Positions 38,528-47,032 are shown, numbered from the stretch's first letter. The stretch: 64,000 nucleotides of DNA from Dehalococcoidia bacterium UBA1162 (GCA_002311135.1 DBZK01000020.1:16903-80902); one strand, 5' to 3'. Notes: generated from the sequence alone by a model not told the origin. Numbers and translations are program-made.

Positions 38528-38983
38528 TCAGGGCCAGGTAAATAGCAACGCCAGTGCTATGCCAAGCACGGCCCCCACGAACACCTCCCACTTGGAATGG
38601 CCTATGATCTCGGAAAGGCGCTGGGTGAATTCTTTATTGCCCTTAAAAAGCTCGTCCAGCATCTTGTTGAGCATGGTGGACTGATATCCCACCGTCCTCC
38701 TCACGCCAGCAGCGTCGTACATCACGATAAAGGCCACCGCCAGTGAGATGGCGAAGAACGGCGAGTCGAACCCGTAGAGCAGCCCCATGGTAGTAGCCAG
38801 GGCCGCCATCAGCGCAGCATGTGCGCTGGGCATGCCGCCCGGGCTGTACATAAGGGACAGGTCCAGCCGCTTTTCATTGGCCAGGTGGATAATGACCTTG
38901 AATAGCTGTGCGAAGAACCAGGCCACCAGCGGCACCCAGATGGCCTTAAAGGCAATGAAACTTATAGCAGCCTGGCTAAACAT
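38528..38983 (-). CDS. Divergent PAP2 (DUF212) family membrane protein
   Basis: GGMPSAHAA motif in a small polytopic protein. Confidence 0.75.
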   Translation of the reverse strand: MFSQAAISFIAFKAIWVPLVAWFFAQLFKVIIHLANEKRLDLSLMYSPGGMPSAHAALMAALATTMGLLYGFDSPFFAISLAVAFIVMYDAAGVRRTVGYQSTMLNKMLDELFKGNKEFTQRLSEIIGHSKWEVFVGAVLGIALALLFTWP

Positions 38984-38992
38984 AGTCGCTAA

Positions 38993-39643
38993 TCACTTAT
39001 CCTGTTCTAATTTTACAATTATCGGGGCGCCCGGCCTATATTTGATCTGCAGCGCCTTGCCGATCATCATGCCCAGCAATATCAGCGGGTATACGATCAG
39101 CATCCAGTTGGCAGGGAATGGGGACGGCGTAATTATATTAAAGGGCTGGACCGCCACGTGCGCAAACTGCATGCCAAAAAATATGATAACCAGCGCTATC
39201 ATACCGATGCCGAATCCGTAGCTGGAACTTTTCACTATCAAGGCTGCCATGCCGGCAATAGCGGCTGCAATTATGGTCGGAACGGTTGCTATGGTGATCA
39301 GTACGCCCGCTATGACCGTAGCACCCAGGCCGCCCTGGAACTTGATAAACGGCGACCATTGGTGCCCCGCTATGGTGACTATTCCGGCCAGCAATATTAC
39401 CGGTAAAGCTGCGCCCATCAACCAGGCAATCCATACCGCCAGTATGGCCTTACCTATATCCATGAATACCACCATCAGGAATGATAACGGGCCTACCCGC
39501 TTGTAAACAGCGGCGGCGCTGATGCGCCCGTCCGGCTCATCGCGGATATCGATTTTGCCATTGAACCTGGCTACGACGTAGGCTGAAGATATGGCACCCA
39601 GCAGGTAAGCGATAGGTATAGAGATTAGGCTGATCCAGTTCAT
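38993..39643 (-). CDS. PlsY-like membrane protein with a degenerate substrate-binding motif
   Basis: The YLLGAISSAYVVAR N-terminus resembles PlsY, but the SGN.GATN block reads DGRISAAA. Confidence 0.5.
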   Translation of the reverse strand: MNWISLISIPIAYLLGAISSAYVVARFNGKIDIRDEPDGRISAAAVYKRVGPLSFLMVVFMDIGKAILAVWIAWLMGAALPVILLAGIVTIAGHQWSPFIKFQGGLGATVIAGVLITIATVPTIIAAAIAGMAALIVKSSSYGFGIGMIALVIIFFGMQFAHVAVQPFNIITPSPFPANWMLIVYPLILLGMMIGKALQIKYRPGAPIIVKLEQDK

Positions 39644-39684
39644 GGTGGCAACCGCTAGTATACCATAAAAAGTGGCGGTTTAAA

Positions 39685-40974
39685 TCACTTTTCGTCCTCG
39701 GGGCTGGCGCCAAGGGTCAGGAAATCCCTGGCTTCTTTGGAAAATGACATGCTCACGGCCAGGATAAAGACCAGCACGCCGCAGGTGGCATATATTGCCG
39801 GGATATTTTTGTTGGCGATATCGGCGATAACCCCCGCTACACCCATTCCCAGGGGGGCCAGGCCGCTGGTCAGGGTAGCCAGCAGTCCGAACACCCTGCC
39901 CCTTATCTTGCTGTTGGAAGAGAGCTGCAGGATAGTAGTAGCCTTGACCATAAAGACGCCTGCCAGCAGGCCGACCAGGAAAATCACTCCCAGCACAATG
40001 TATGGCTGCGTAAGGAAGCCCAGTATGCCCATGCCGACTGCGGCGCCCAGCAGGGATGTGATAATCATGCGGCTCTGGGCACGTCCGCGTACGTTGGCCG
40101 TCCCCGCTATGACATAGCCCAAGACCGAGCCCACGCCCAGGGACATAAGCAGGTAGCCGTACCACGAGGCATTCAGCTTCAAATAGTCTTCCACATAGAA
40201 GGGCAGCAGCAAAGCCATGGGTGCAATAAACAGGTAAAGCATGGCCGCCACTAAAAATAGCACCCTCATACCTTTACGGTTCCACACGTAATGCAGGCCC
40301 TCCCGGGTATCGGCAATAAAGGTCTTGAATGCCACGCTGCCTTTTTTCGCTTTATCCGGGATAACCTGTGGGATCTTAATCATGGCTTCTGTGCCGGATG
40401 AGAAGAGATAAGTGAAGCCGTTGATCAGGAACAGCATTGGGGCTCCCGTGACCGAATACAGGAGGCCTCCCAGTCCCTGTCCGATAAACAATGACACGAA
40501 GAGGGCCAACTGGTTGAGCGAATTGGCTGGATCGAGCTTATTCTCCGGGACCAGGTCGGGAATGGCGGCCTGCACTGCCGGGGTAAAGAAAGCGAAGATG
40601 ATGGCGCCCGCCATAGCCACGATGAAAAGCCAGATCACATCCACGCCGATAATCCGCGGCATATAGAAAAGCAAGGCGGCCAGCGATAAGACAAAAATCC
40701 CGTTGATCAGGTCTCCGTAGACCAGGATCTTTTTACGCGAGAAATTATCCGCAAAGGTGCCGCCCAGCGGCCCCATGAGCACGCCTGGCAGGCTGGAAAG
40801 CATCATCATCAGCCCCATCAGGCTGGCTGAGCCGGTGGCCTCCTTGATGTAGAACAGCATGGCCAGGCCGAAGGCGCGCTGCCCTACCTGGCTGACCAAC
40901 TGTCCCTGCCAGAGAAGCAGGAAATCACGGTTCCAGAGCTTGGTCGGCCTTTTTATCGAATGCTCGTTATCCAT
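39685..40974 (-). CDS. MFS transporter
   Basis: About 12 TM segments with MFS-type loop motifs. 429 aa. Confidence 0.8.
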   Translation of the reverse strand: MDNEHSIKRPTKLWNRDFLLLWQGQLVSQVGQRAFGLAMLFYIKEATGSASLMGLMMMLSSLPGVLMGPLGGTFADNFSRKKILVYGDLINGIFVLSLAALLFYMPRIIGVDVIWLFIVAMAGAIIFAFFTPAVQAAIPDLVPENKLDPANSLNQLALFVSLFIGQGLGGLLYSVTGAPMLFLINGFTYLFSSGTEAMIKIPQVIPDKAKKGSVAFKTFIADTREGLHYVWNRKGMRVLFLVAAMLYLFIAPMALLLPFYVEDYLKLNASWYGYLLMSLGVGSVLGYVIAGTANVRGRAQSRMIITSLLGAAVGMGILGFLTQPYIVLGVIFLVGLLAGVFMVKATTILQLSSNSKIRGRVFGLLATLTSGLAPLGMGVAGVIADIANKNIPAIYATCGVLVFILAVSMSFSKEARDFLTLGASPEDEK

Positions 40975-41201
40975 AACGATTATTCATTAAAAAGTTGTTG
41001 TACGGTTTTTTGGTCGGGCACCGCTATTCAGGTAACGCCCGGGCGGATAATCAAGATTATATAATTTTTTCGCAATTGGTTCTACATAGCCACGATAGAG
41101 GGCGGGCTAATCAGGATCGTTTGGCAACTGCCGGACTTGTCATATATCCCCCAAACTGTATAAAATCAACGCCGGATTGTTTAAGTAAAAGGAGTACCAA
41201 C

Positions 41202-42401
41202 ATGAAATTAGCCAGAGAAGTTGTCATCATAGACTATTTACGTTCGCCGTTTTCCAGGTCTCGGCCCAAGGAACCCGAGAAGGACCTGCTCAACGGCTAT
41301 ACCATGGACGAAGTCATAGGTATGTTATGGAAGGAGCTCGTAAAGAGGAACAACCTTGATGCAAAGGTCATCGATGAAGCGGTGGTCGGGGTGGCCAGGC
41401 CTGTAATGGAAATGTGGACATATGGGGGGAAATTGCCTGCCTTTTTCGCCGAGCTTCCCGTGGAAATAGCCAGCCAGCAGGTGGACCAGCAGTGCGGTTC
41501 CTCGCTGGATGCATTAAGGACTGGTGCCATGGCCATATCCGAGGGTTTCGCTGACGTAGTACTGTGTGCCGGGATGGAGCACATGACACATATTCCCCTG
41601 GGCGGAGCGAACCCGGCTGTGAAGATCAGCCCCAAGTTGAGCACTGACCCAAGATACAAGAAATACGATATCGATTTTTCAAGGAATATGGGCTTCACAG
41701 CGCAGAAGCTGCAAGAACTGGCAGGCTTCACTCGGGAGCAAATGGACAAGTGGTCGCTACGCTCGCACCAGCTTGCCGCTAAGGCACAGAAAGAGGGATT
41801 TTTCAAGGAGGAGATACTGCCCATCGAGATCACGCTACAGGACGGCAGCAAGCAGATGTATGATTACGATGCCTGCGTAAGGGCAGATACTACGATTGAA
41901 ACTCTGCTGCAGCTTAAGCCGGCCTACAAGCCTGACGGCTCCATCACTGCGGGTAACTCTTCCCCTCTCAACGCCGGGGCAACATCCATGCTTATCATGT
42001 CCCGGGATAAGGCCAAAAAGCTGGGCATGAAGCCCATAGCCAGCTTTGTCTCCTTCGGCGTGGCCGGCGTTGACCCCACCATTATGGGCTCCGGCCCGGT
42101 GCCCGCTTCGAAGAAGGCGCTGGAATATGCCGGTATGAAAGCCAAAGATATCGACTTCTGGGAGATCAACGAGGCCTTCTCAGTTGTGGCGCTTTACTGC
42201 ATGAGGGAGCTTGGCATTGCGGAGGAGAAAGTGAACGTCAAGGGCGGCGCCGTGGCCATCGGGCATCCGCTCGGCGCTACCGGCCTCAGGCTGGTGGGCA
42301 CGCTGGCCAGGATACTCAAGATGGAGGGAGGCAAATACGGCCTCGCCACGCAGTGCTGCGGCGGCGGCCAGGGCGTAACCGCCATCATCAAGAAGGAATA
42401 G
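41202..42401 (+). CDS. Thiolase (acetyl-CoA C-acyltransferase) family protein
   Basis: GGAG RBS before the ATG at 41202 (the ORF opens at 40995). VDQQCGSS carries the active-site Cys, and the C-terminus has CCGGGQG. Paralog of 53739..54932. Confidence 0.9.
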   Translation: MKLAREVVIIDYLRSPFSRSRPKEPEKDLLNGYTMDEVIGMLWKELVKRNNLDAKVIDEAVVGVARPVMEMWTYGGKLPAFFAELPVEIASQQVDQQCGSSLDALRTGAMAISEGFADVVLCAGMEHMTHIPLGGANPAVKISPKLSTDPRYKKYDIDFSRNMGFTAQKLQELAGFTREQMDKWSLRSHQLAAKAQKEGFFKEEILPIEITLQDGSKQMYDYDACVRADTTIETLLQLKPAYKPDGSITAGNSSPLNAGATSMLIMSRDKAKKLGMKPIASFVSFGVAGVDPTIMGSGPVPASKKALEYAGMKAKDIDFWEINEAFSVVALYCMRELGIAEEKVNVKGGAVAIGHPLGATGLRLVGTLARILKMEGGKYGLATQCCGGGQGVTAIIKKE

Positions 42402-42426
42402 CCCGAACTAGATTGGTGGTATAGGA

Positions 42427-42465
42427 AAGAGGCCTGCCGCTTCAGCGGCAGGCCTCTTCTGTTTT
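42427..42465 (+). terminator. Rho-independent terminator after the thiolase gene
   Basis: 14-bp stem AAGAGGCCTGCCGC / GCGGCAGGCCTCTT with loop TTCA, followed by CTGTTTT. Confidence 0.8.
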
Positions 42466-42488
42466 GCTCATCAATTTGCCGTGTAAGC

Positions 42489-42520
42489 GTCACCACTGCA
42501 CAAATATCGGCATGTCTATC
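42489..42520 (+). repeat. Modular repeat family, copy R0 (Y module plus start of Z)
   Basis: GTCACCACTGCACAAATATCGGCATGTCTATC matches the Y-Z junction of the other copies. Confidence 0.6.
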
Positions 42521-42530
42521 GCGACATTTG

Positions 42531-43322
42531 TCAACCGAGATTAATAACTGCCCGGTGGTACAGGTAAATCAACCTGCAGTTGATCTCAATGCTATCCTCC
42601 GGGGAAGGGAAAGGTCCGCTCGCTCCCAGGGATTTTGTTAGCCTGTCATCGAAAGCTGCCTGCGGGAAAGCATTTCTGAGTTCTGCAGCAGTGGCGTTCA
42701 GGTTTTGAAGAGAGGAGGAAGTCATACCCTGACCTAAAAACGAATAATTAAAATTATTCTGGAAGATCTCGATGCTGGGTTCTATCGACGACTGGTCATA
42801 GAGTCGTATGAAACGTATAGTTTGAAAGGCCACATTCTTAATTTTCTCTTTGACAGGGCTCCAAACGGGGATGCCACCCAGTAATATCGTTCTGGGCAGG
42901 CTAAACTTCATTCTGGTCTTTGTTGACTCATTCTCCATATATTTTTGTATCGTCCCCTGCAGAATTAAAAATACATTCCCGGTCTGCACGCTCCTCTCTT
43001 TATTATTATTGTCCCGGAATGTGACCTTTCCCTCCTCACGTTTCAGAGTATGTGCCCTGAATCGTCCAGTTGGGGGCTTGTGAAGCTCAAAGTCTTTATA
43101 CATAAATGCCACAATGCCAATGGCATTCAGACTTTGAACGATAGCTTTGGCTGCCTCGGCAGTTGGGTAACTGGCAATGATCCTGGGAATCTTCCCGGCC
43201 AGTAGAAGGCGTGTTCCATAGAGGTCCTTGTTGACTATAGCTGCGGCTTTCTCCACCAAACTCGCTTCAAGCACGTCCGGCGGAGCTATCGCAACGTCTA
43301 TGACGCCTAATTCCGATGGCAT
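42531..43322 (-). CDS. Hypothetical protein (263 aa)
   Basis: Long ORF with lower GC than the core. No family recognised. Confidence 0.55.
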   Translation of the reverse strand: MPSELGVIDVAIAPPDVLEASLVEKAAAIVNKDLYGTRLLLAGKIPRIIASYPTAEAAKAIVQSLNAIGIVAFMYKDFELHKPPTGRFRAHTLKREEGKVTFRDNNNKERSVQTGNVFLILQGTIQKYMENESTKTRMKFSLPRTILLGGIPVWSPVKEKIKNVAFQTIRFIRLYDQSSIEPSIEIFQNNFNYSFLGQGMTSSSLQNLNATAAELRNAFPQAAFDDRLTKSLGASGPFPSPEDSIEINCRLIYLYHRAVINLG

Positions 43323-43483
43323 ACCACTTACTCAGTATTACCTTAGCACGACTTTTGAAGAATGGTAAAGTACGGTATCGCAGAGGAAGCTTTTGAACAC
43401 TTAGCGCAGAATCTTTTCGAAGCGGTAGGTTATCGCATCAACTAAAGGCAGACTGAACTACTGAATACGGTCGTCTCGATCTA

Positions 43484-43550
43484 CGCTAACATTGAACGAA
43501 CATCGGCATGTATGTTAATCCATAATTACAAATCAGAGGGCCAAGGTTGC
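43484..43550 (+). repeat. Modular repeat family, copy R1 (Y + W modules)
   Basis: ATTGAACGAACATCGGCATG followed by TATGTTAATCCATAATTACAA. Confidence 0.7.
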
Positions 43551-43562
43551 AGTTAAAAGAAA

Positions 43563-43587
43563 ATGGGTTCGAATCCCATCAGCCCCA
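43563..43587 (+). other. Isolated tRNA 3' fragment (T-arm plus 3' acceptor strand), a possible att-site remnant
   Basis: ATGGG-TTCGAAT-CCCAT is a T stem-loop. CAGCCCC-A fits an acceptor 3' strand plus discriminator. No matching 5' half (GGGGCTG) or anticodon arm lies upstream. Confidence 0.55.
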
Positions 43588-43601
43588 CTATATCAGCAGC
43601 G

Positions 43602-43745
43602 TCACCTTCTCTGGTCGAACCTACGCCTCAGCAGCAAGGAGGCGATGGTGACCTTCTGTATCTCGATGGTGCCGCCGGCAAGGCCCCAGCCCCAGGCGTC
43701 GTGCATCATGCGTTCCACCGGGTAGTCCTTAGAGTAAATGGATAC
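43602..43745 (-). pseudogene. C-terminal remnant of an acyl-CoA dehydrogenase
   Basis: YSKDYPVERMMHDA...GGTIEIQKVTIASLLL resembles the conserved ACAD C-terminus (YPVER..RDA...YEGT.EIQ). The N-terminal roughly 330 aa are absent. Confidence 0.6.
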
Positions 43746-43934
43746 TTTTTTAAGTAACCAGGGTAACATTAATATGGATGGCGATTTAGCAAACCCCAAC
43801 TCTCATAACCGATAGTTGCCAGAACTTACCAGCGTTCTTTAATATCAATTGACCTTTCCCCTCGAAACAACAGCACCTTGTTTTAAAGTCCTTTGAGAAT
43901 CAAATACCCCCCGTTGATATTATGCGATCTCAAA

Positions 43935-44393
43935 CTATTTGCGGTCGTCTAAACGCCGGTTTATTTTTTCAATTTTTTCGTTTAGATTCTCCAGATGTTG
44001 CAGAATAGTTTCAATCTCTCTTTCTGCTTCGATGTTTATTTCATAGTCCGCATTGGCTTTTTTCTCGGCGTGACGACCCTGGAGATTCTGGCCTATCATT
44101 ATCAATGGCATAAGGAAGATCTGAATCATATTGGAGATAAAAAGCCATAAGACAAAAGCAGGCAAAGGGTCAAATCTTAATGCAACAGGCGCCAATGCAT
44201 TCCAGGAAAGCCAAAAAATAGTCCATGCAAAAATAATGAAGAAAAATCCCATAGTGCCGATGCGCTCGGTGATCCAAAGTGCAATCCGGTCAAGATAAGT
44301 CAGGCTTTTCCTGTGTTCAATGTTTATGTTACGTATTTGTTTACGTAACTTCTTAAGCTCATCAAGCGAAAGCGGTGATTTTTGTTTCTCCAC
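43935..44393 (-). CDS. DUF1003 family membrane protein
   Basis: Two TM segments followed by QNLQGRHAEKKA and a coiled C-terminus. GTG start. Confidence 0.7.
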   Translation of the reverse strand: MEKQKSPLSLDELKKLRKQIRNINIEHRKSLTYLDRIALWITERIGTMGFFFIIFAWTIFWLSWNALAPVALRFDPLPAFVLWLFISNMIQIFLMPLIMIGQNLQGRHAEKKANADYEINIEAEREIETILQHLENLNEKIEKINRRLDDRK

Positions 44394-44478
44394 TAGCTAC
44401 AGTCCATTATACATTTCGTGAAACGGATATTTGCAGCAGACAGACTGCCCAAATATCTTGGTTACGTTGTTAAAAGAG

Positions 44479-44628
44479 CTAAAATATCATCCTGAGCAGC
44501 CAGATAATTATAAGAATTACCCCTATGACAAGGGCTATGTGAATTAGCCATCCTAAAGCAGGTATTGCGATAAAACCCACGAGCCACAAAACCAGAATAA
44601 TGATACCGATGATTAATAGAATATCCAT
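44479..44628 (-). CDS. Small two-TM membrane protein (49 aa, absent from the ORF track)
   Basis: GAGGTG RBS. Product: MDILLIIGIIILVLWLVGFIAIPALGWLIHIALVIGVILIIIWLLRMIF. Confidence 0.55.
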   Translation of the reverse strand: MDILLIIGIIILVLWLVGFIAIPALGWLIHIALVIGVILIIIWLLRMIF

Positions 44629-44637
44629 AACACCTCT

Positions 44638-44675
44638 CAATATTCGATTATCTGTTAACAGATAATCGAATATTG
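44638..44675. repeat. Perfect 38-bp palindrome (19+19, centred on GTTAAC)
   Basis: CAATATTCGATTATCTGTT|AACAGATAATCGAATATTG, verified base by base. Lies between the csbD-like stop and the RBS of the next small ORF. No U-tract follows. Confidence 0.9.
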
Positions 44676-44697
44676 TAAATTTAAACTAACTAGTCTT

Positions 44698-44871
44698 CTA
44701 TTGTTTTTTTATAACTCTTTCAATCTTGCCGCTCTGTTCCTGCACTTTTCCGACTGCCTGCTGCGCATCACCTTTGATTTCCTGTGATTTATTGCCGGTT
44801 ATTTTACCGGTCTCTTCATTGACTTTGCCCTTGACCTGGTTCCATTTTCCTTTAGCAATATTGTTATCCAT
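44698..44871 (-). CDS. CsbD-like general stress protein (57 aa, absent from the ORF track)
   Basis: GGAGG RBS. Product: MDNNIAKGKWNQVKGKVNEETGKITGNKSQEIKGDAQQAVGKVQEQSGKIERVIKKQ, which fits the CsbD pattern. Confidence 0.75.
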   Translation of the reverse strand: MDNNIAKGKWNQVKGKVNEETGKITGNKSQEIKGDAQQAVGKVQEQSGKIERVIKKQ

Positions 44872-44927
44872 GTATAGTACCTCCTAAAAAACTTTATTAA
44901 ATAAATACTAGCAGAGTGAACATGTGG

Positions 44928-44968
44928 AAGTAATATAATCGAGGCACAATATGTTAAATAGTTATGAT
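44928..44968 (-). promoter_or_regulatory. Shared promoter-like motif, copy A (upstream of the csbD-like gene)
   Basis: Minus strand reads TCATAACTATTTAAC-N13-GATTATATTACT, ending about 55 nt before the start codon. Confidence 0.45.
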
Positions 44969-45096
44969 ATTGGCGGCGTTATCGGTGAATAGATTGATGA
45001 AATAGGGGATGGGCACATATTGACAGTGTCAACACAAAACAGCACAATAATATGCCAAAGCGGTATGCGGTATAAAGTTATACAAGGAGAAAAACT

Positions 45097-45225
45097 ATGC
45101 TGAACACTATCTTACTAATCCTTGGGCTGATCTGTTTCATCCTGGCGACAATTGGTATCTTTGCCAGTAGAATAAATCTAATAGCACTCGGACTAGCGTT
45201 CTGGATCTTGACACAAATTATTTAA
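45097..45225 (+). CDS. Small membrane protein (42 aa, absent from the ORF track)
   Basis: AGGAGA RBS 7 nt upstream. Product: MLNTILLILGLICFILATIGIFASRINLIALGLAFWILTQII. Confidence 0.5.
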   Translation: MLNTILLILGLICFILATIGIFASRINLIALGLAFWILTQII

Positions 45226-45379
45226 TGCCGACAAAGGAAAGGCTGGAAGTTTAGCCCCGGCCCTGTTGGTGATATCGCTATTTAATAGGGTGGTTAAGTA
45301 CCATTGGCGGTACGGCAATTGTGCAATTCCACCTGACTGACAGTCAGGTGGCCTATCTCAAGGCTTTGGGGGACTATCC

Positions 45380-45775
45380 CTACCTCTGGGGTATCACGAC
45401 ATTGGAACTAATGGTATAAGTTGTCGAAACGGAAAAAGTCTCACTAGTGCTTACTGCAGTCAATGTTACGGTCCTTGTTCCCGTGGGCGAATCTGCGGGT
45501 TCAGTATAACTACTCTCGCCAGCATTATACAAAACATTGGAGAAATAGGTTACAGTCCCTCCAGTGGCTATCGCGTTTGTAAGAGTTAACTTGGCAGGTT
45601 TGTTTACTGAGAAATGTATTATGACGGGACTACTATTAATACCGTAGACGTTATTGTCCGTCCATATGCGCGCGTCCAACTTAGCAGATCCAGAAGGTTG
45701 TACGCAGGATACGGGAATAAGAAGGACCAGAAGAAGGACAGCAAAAGCAGAGAGCCTTGCCTTTATCATGACCAC
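45380..45775 (-). CDS. Small secreted protein (131 aa) with a signal peptide
   Basis: GGAGG RBS, hydrophobic N-terminus (AFAVLLLVLLIPVSC), and a T/S-rich beta-type remainder. Confidence 0.6.
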   Translation of the reverse strand: MVMIKARLSAFAVLLLVLLIPVSCVQPSGSAKLDARIWTDNNVYGINSSPVIIHFSVNKPAKLTLTNAIATGGTVTYFSNVLYNAGESSYTEPADSPTGTRTVTLTAVSTSETFSVSTTYTISSNVVIPQR

Positions 45776-45800
45776 CTCCTATCAGAATTGGTGAAAGCGT

Positions 45801-45853
45801 AACATAGTCTTCGATATGTACGTTAATCCATAATAACAATAGAGCTAAAGTTG
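45801..45853 (+). repeat. Modular repeat family, copy R2 (partial Y + W)
   Basis: ATATGTACGTTAATCCATAATAACAATAGAGCTAAAGT is nearly identical to the W module of R3. Confidence 0.75.
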
Positions 45854-45957
45854 CTAACCTTTCTTGACCATTGACTATTTCTCTTTTAATCTTCAGACTA
45901 TGGTTATAACTGGATCAGTTGGGGGGCAGGTCAAATATCCTCTTTAGGTAAAGACTA

Positions 45958-46092
45958 TTAACTGCCGAGATGACTAAAGAATTGCGAGATTGCAGAATAG
46001 TTTATGATTACTAAGACCAGAATAATTATCACAACAATAGACAATATAATTATCCCCATAACAGATCCTACAATTCTCCCTATACATCCCAT
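45958..46092 (-). CDS. Small membrane protein (44 aa, absent from the ORF track)
   Basis: GGAG RBS. Product: MGCIGRIVGSVMGIIILSIVVIIILVLVIINYSAISQFFSHLGS. Confidence 0.45.
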   Translation of the reverse strand: MGCIGRIVGSVMGIIILSIVVIIILVLVIINYSAISQFFSHLGS

Positions 46093-46236
46093 GTTTATTA
46101 CTCCTTCTTGATTTATATTATGTATCTGTGGCGACTATTATACAAATCGCTACCAAATGACCTATTTTTACCTGATTCAAGGGTAATTCCTTATCTCTTT
46201 TATGTTGCGAGTCCCCATAATAAAAATTATCTGAAT

Positions 46237-46938
46237 TCATTTTTGCTTTACATCGAGCTTAACAACCGGTTTAATAATGACCTTATCCTGGCCGGTAACA
46301 TTAACCGATTTTTCAGCATCAAAATCGAACGTTAGCACCGTAGTCTTACCTTCAACAACGTCAAAGGAATTCACAAATTTAAGCTCACCGCTCGGGATCG
46401 TTGCTGACTCAATGGTATTGTCGGAAAAACCTACGCTTGCACTATCTATAACTAATCTTACCTGCGTATATTTCCCTGCTAGCACTTCACCTGCCGCAAA
46501 AAGCTCGTCGAGTCCCTTAATTTTGAGTAGGTCAAAAGTACTGTTCCCGGTAATATTGATTTTTATCCAGGTATCACCGCCCTGCTGCTGATTCTGCGGC
46601 CCCTGATCCTGTGCGTCGCCCTTGGTGGTATTGTCGCTGATTGGTTTATTTCCCTGGTTTTCCTGGCCAGTGCCAGTTGTATGGATTTCGATGCTTGAAA
46701 TCGTAAGCATCACACTAGTGATCTCTTTCTTTTGCGGAGGAGCATCGGTCATATGTACTTCTATATGACCTGTGCCGGCTCCGGTTGTGTAACTAGGGCT
46801 ACCTGCTGGGCCCTGAACATTGCTGCCAGTATTGCCCTGGGTCGGTTGAGCTTGCTGTCCTGAAGTACAAGCTGCCAATGGCAGTGTAAAAATACAGGCT
46901 ATGAGCAATATCGTTAATATAGACAATAATCTCTTCAT
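46237..46938 (-). CDS. DUF4382-like lipoprotein
   Basis: Lipobox LAAC. HIEVHMTDAPP...SIEIH...FDLL...GKYTQVRLVI...PSGELKF...LTFDFDAEKS matches the DUF4382 pattern. Confidence 0.65.
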   Translation of the reverse strand: MKRLLSILTILLIACIFTLPLAACTSGQQAQPTQGNTGSNVQGPAGSPSYTTGAGTGHIEVHMTDAPPQKKEITSVMLTISSIEIHTTGTGQENQGNKPISDNTTKGDAQDQGPQNQQQGGDTWIKINITGNSTFDLLKIKGLDELFAAGEVLAGKYTQVRLVIDSASVGFSDNTIESATIPSGELKFVNSFDVVEGKTTVLTFDFDAEKSVNVTGQDKVIIKPVVKLDVKQK

Positions 46939-46990
46939 CTCTTCCCCCGCATATTTATAGTTTTAAAAATAATAGCAAGATGAGAATGGA

Positions 46991-47032
46991 ATAGTGATAT
47001 AATCTGGCGTGAATTTGTTAAATAGTTATGAC
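46991..47032 (-). promoter_or_regulatory. Shared promoter-like motif, copy B (upstream of the DUF4382 lipoprotein gene)
   Basis: Minus strand reads TCATAACTATTTAAC-N13-GATTATATCACT, ending about 55 nt before the start codon. Confidence 0.45.

Noticed and set aside
40995-41201. 5' extensions in the ORF track: thiolase from 40995, hydratase from 28325, ligD from 5468, purM from 21450, crotonase from 11521, lipoproteins from 50093 and 62489
   Set aside because: The extensions encode non-homologous, often Arg/Cys-rich sequence and overlap upstream genes or promoters. Internal starts with good RBS spacing recover the conserved N-termini.
43389-43469. A 26-codon ORF (MVKYGIAEEAFEHLAQNLFEAVGYRIN) vaguely resembling the start of Mrr-type restriction endonuclease domains
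   Set aside because: It is too short and the similarity too generic to support a call. I note it only as possible further debris at the island edge.
43563-43757. ORF 43563..43757 (+), 64 aa
   Set aside because: It starts inside the tRNA-like fragment and runs antisense to the acyl-CoA dehydrogenase remnant. The minus-strand frame carries the recognisable protein similarity.
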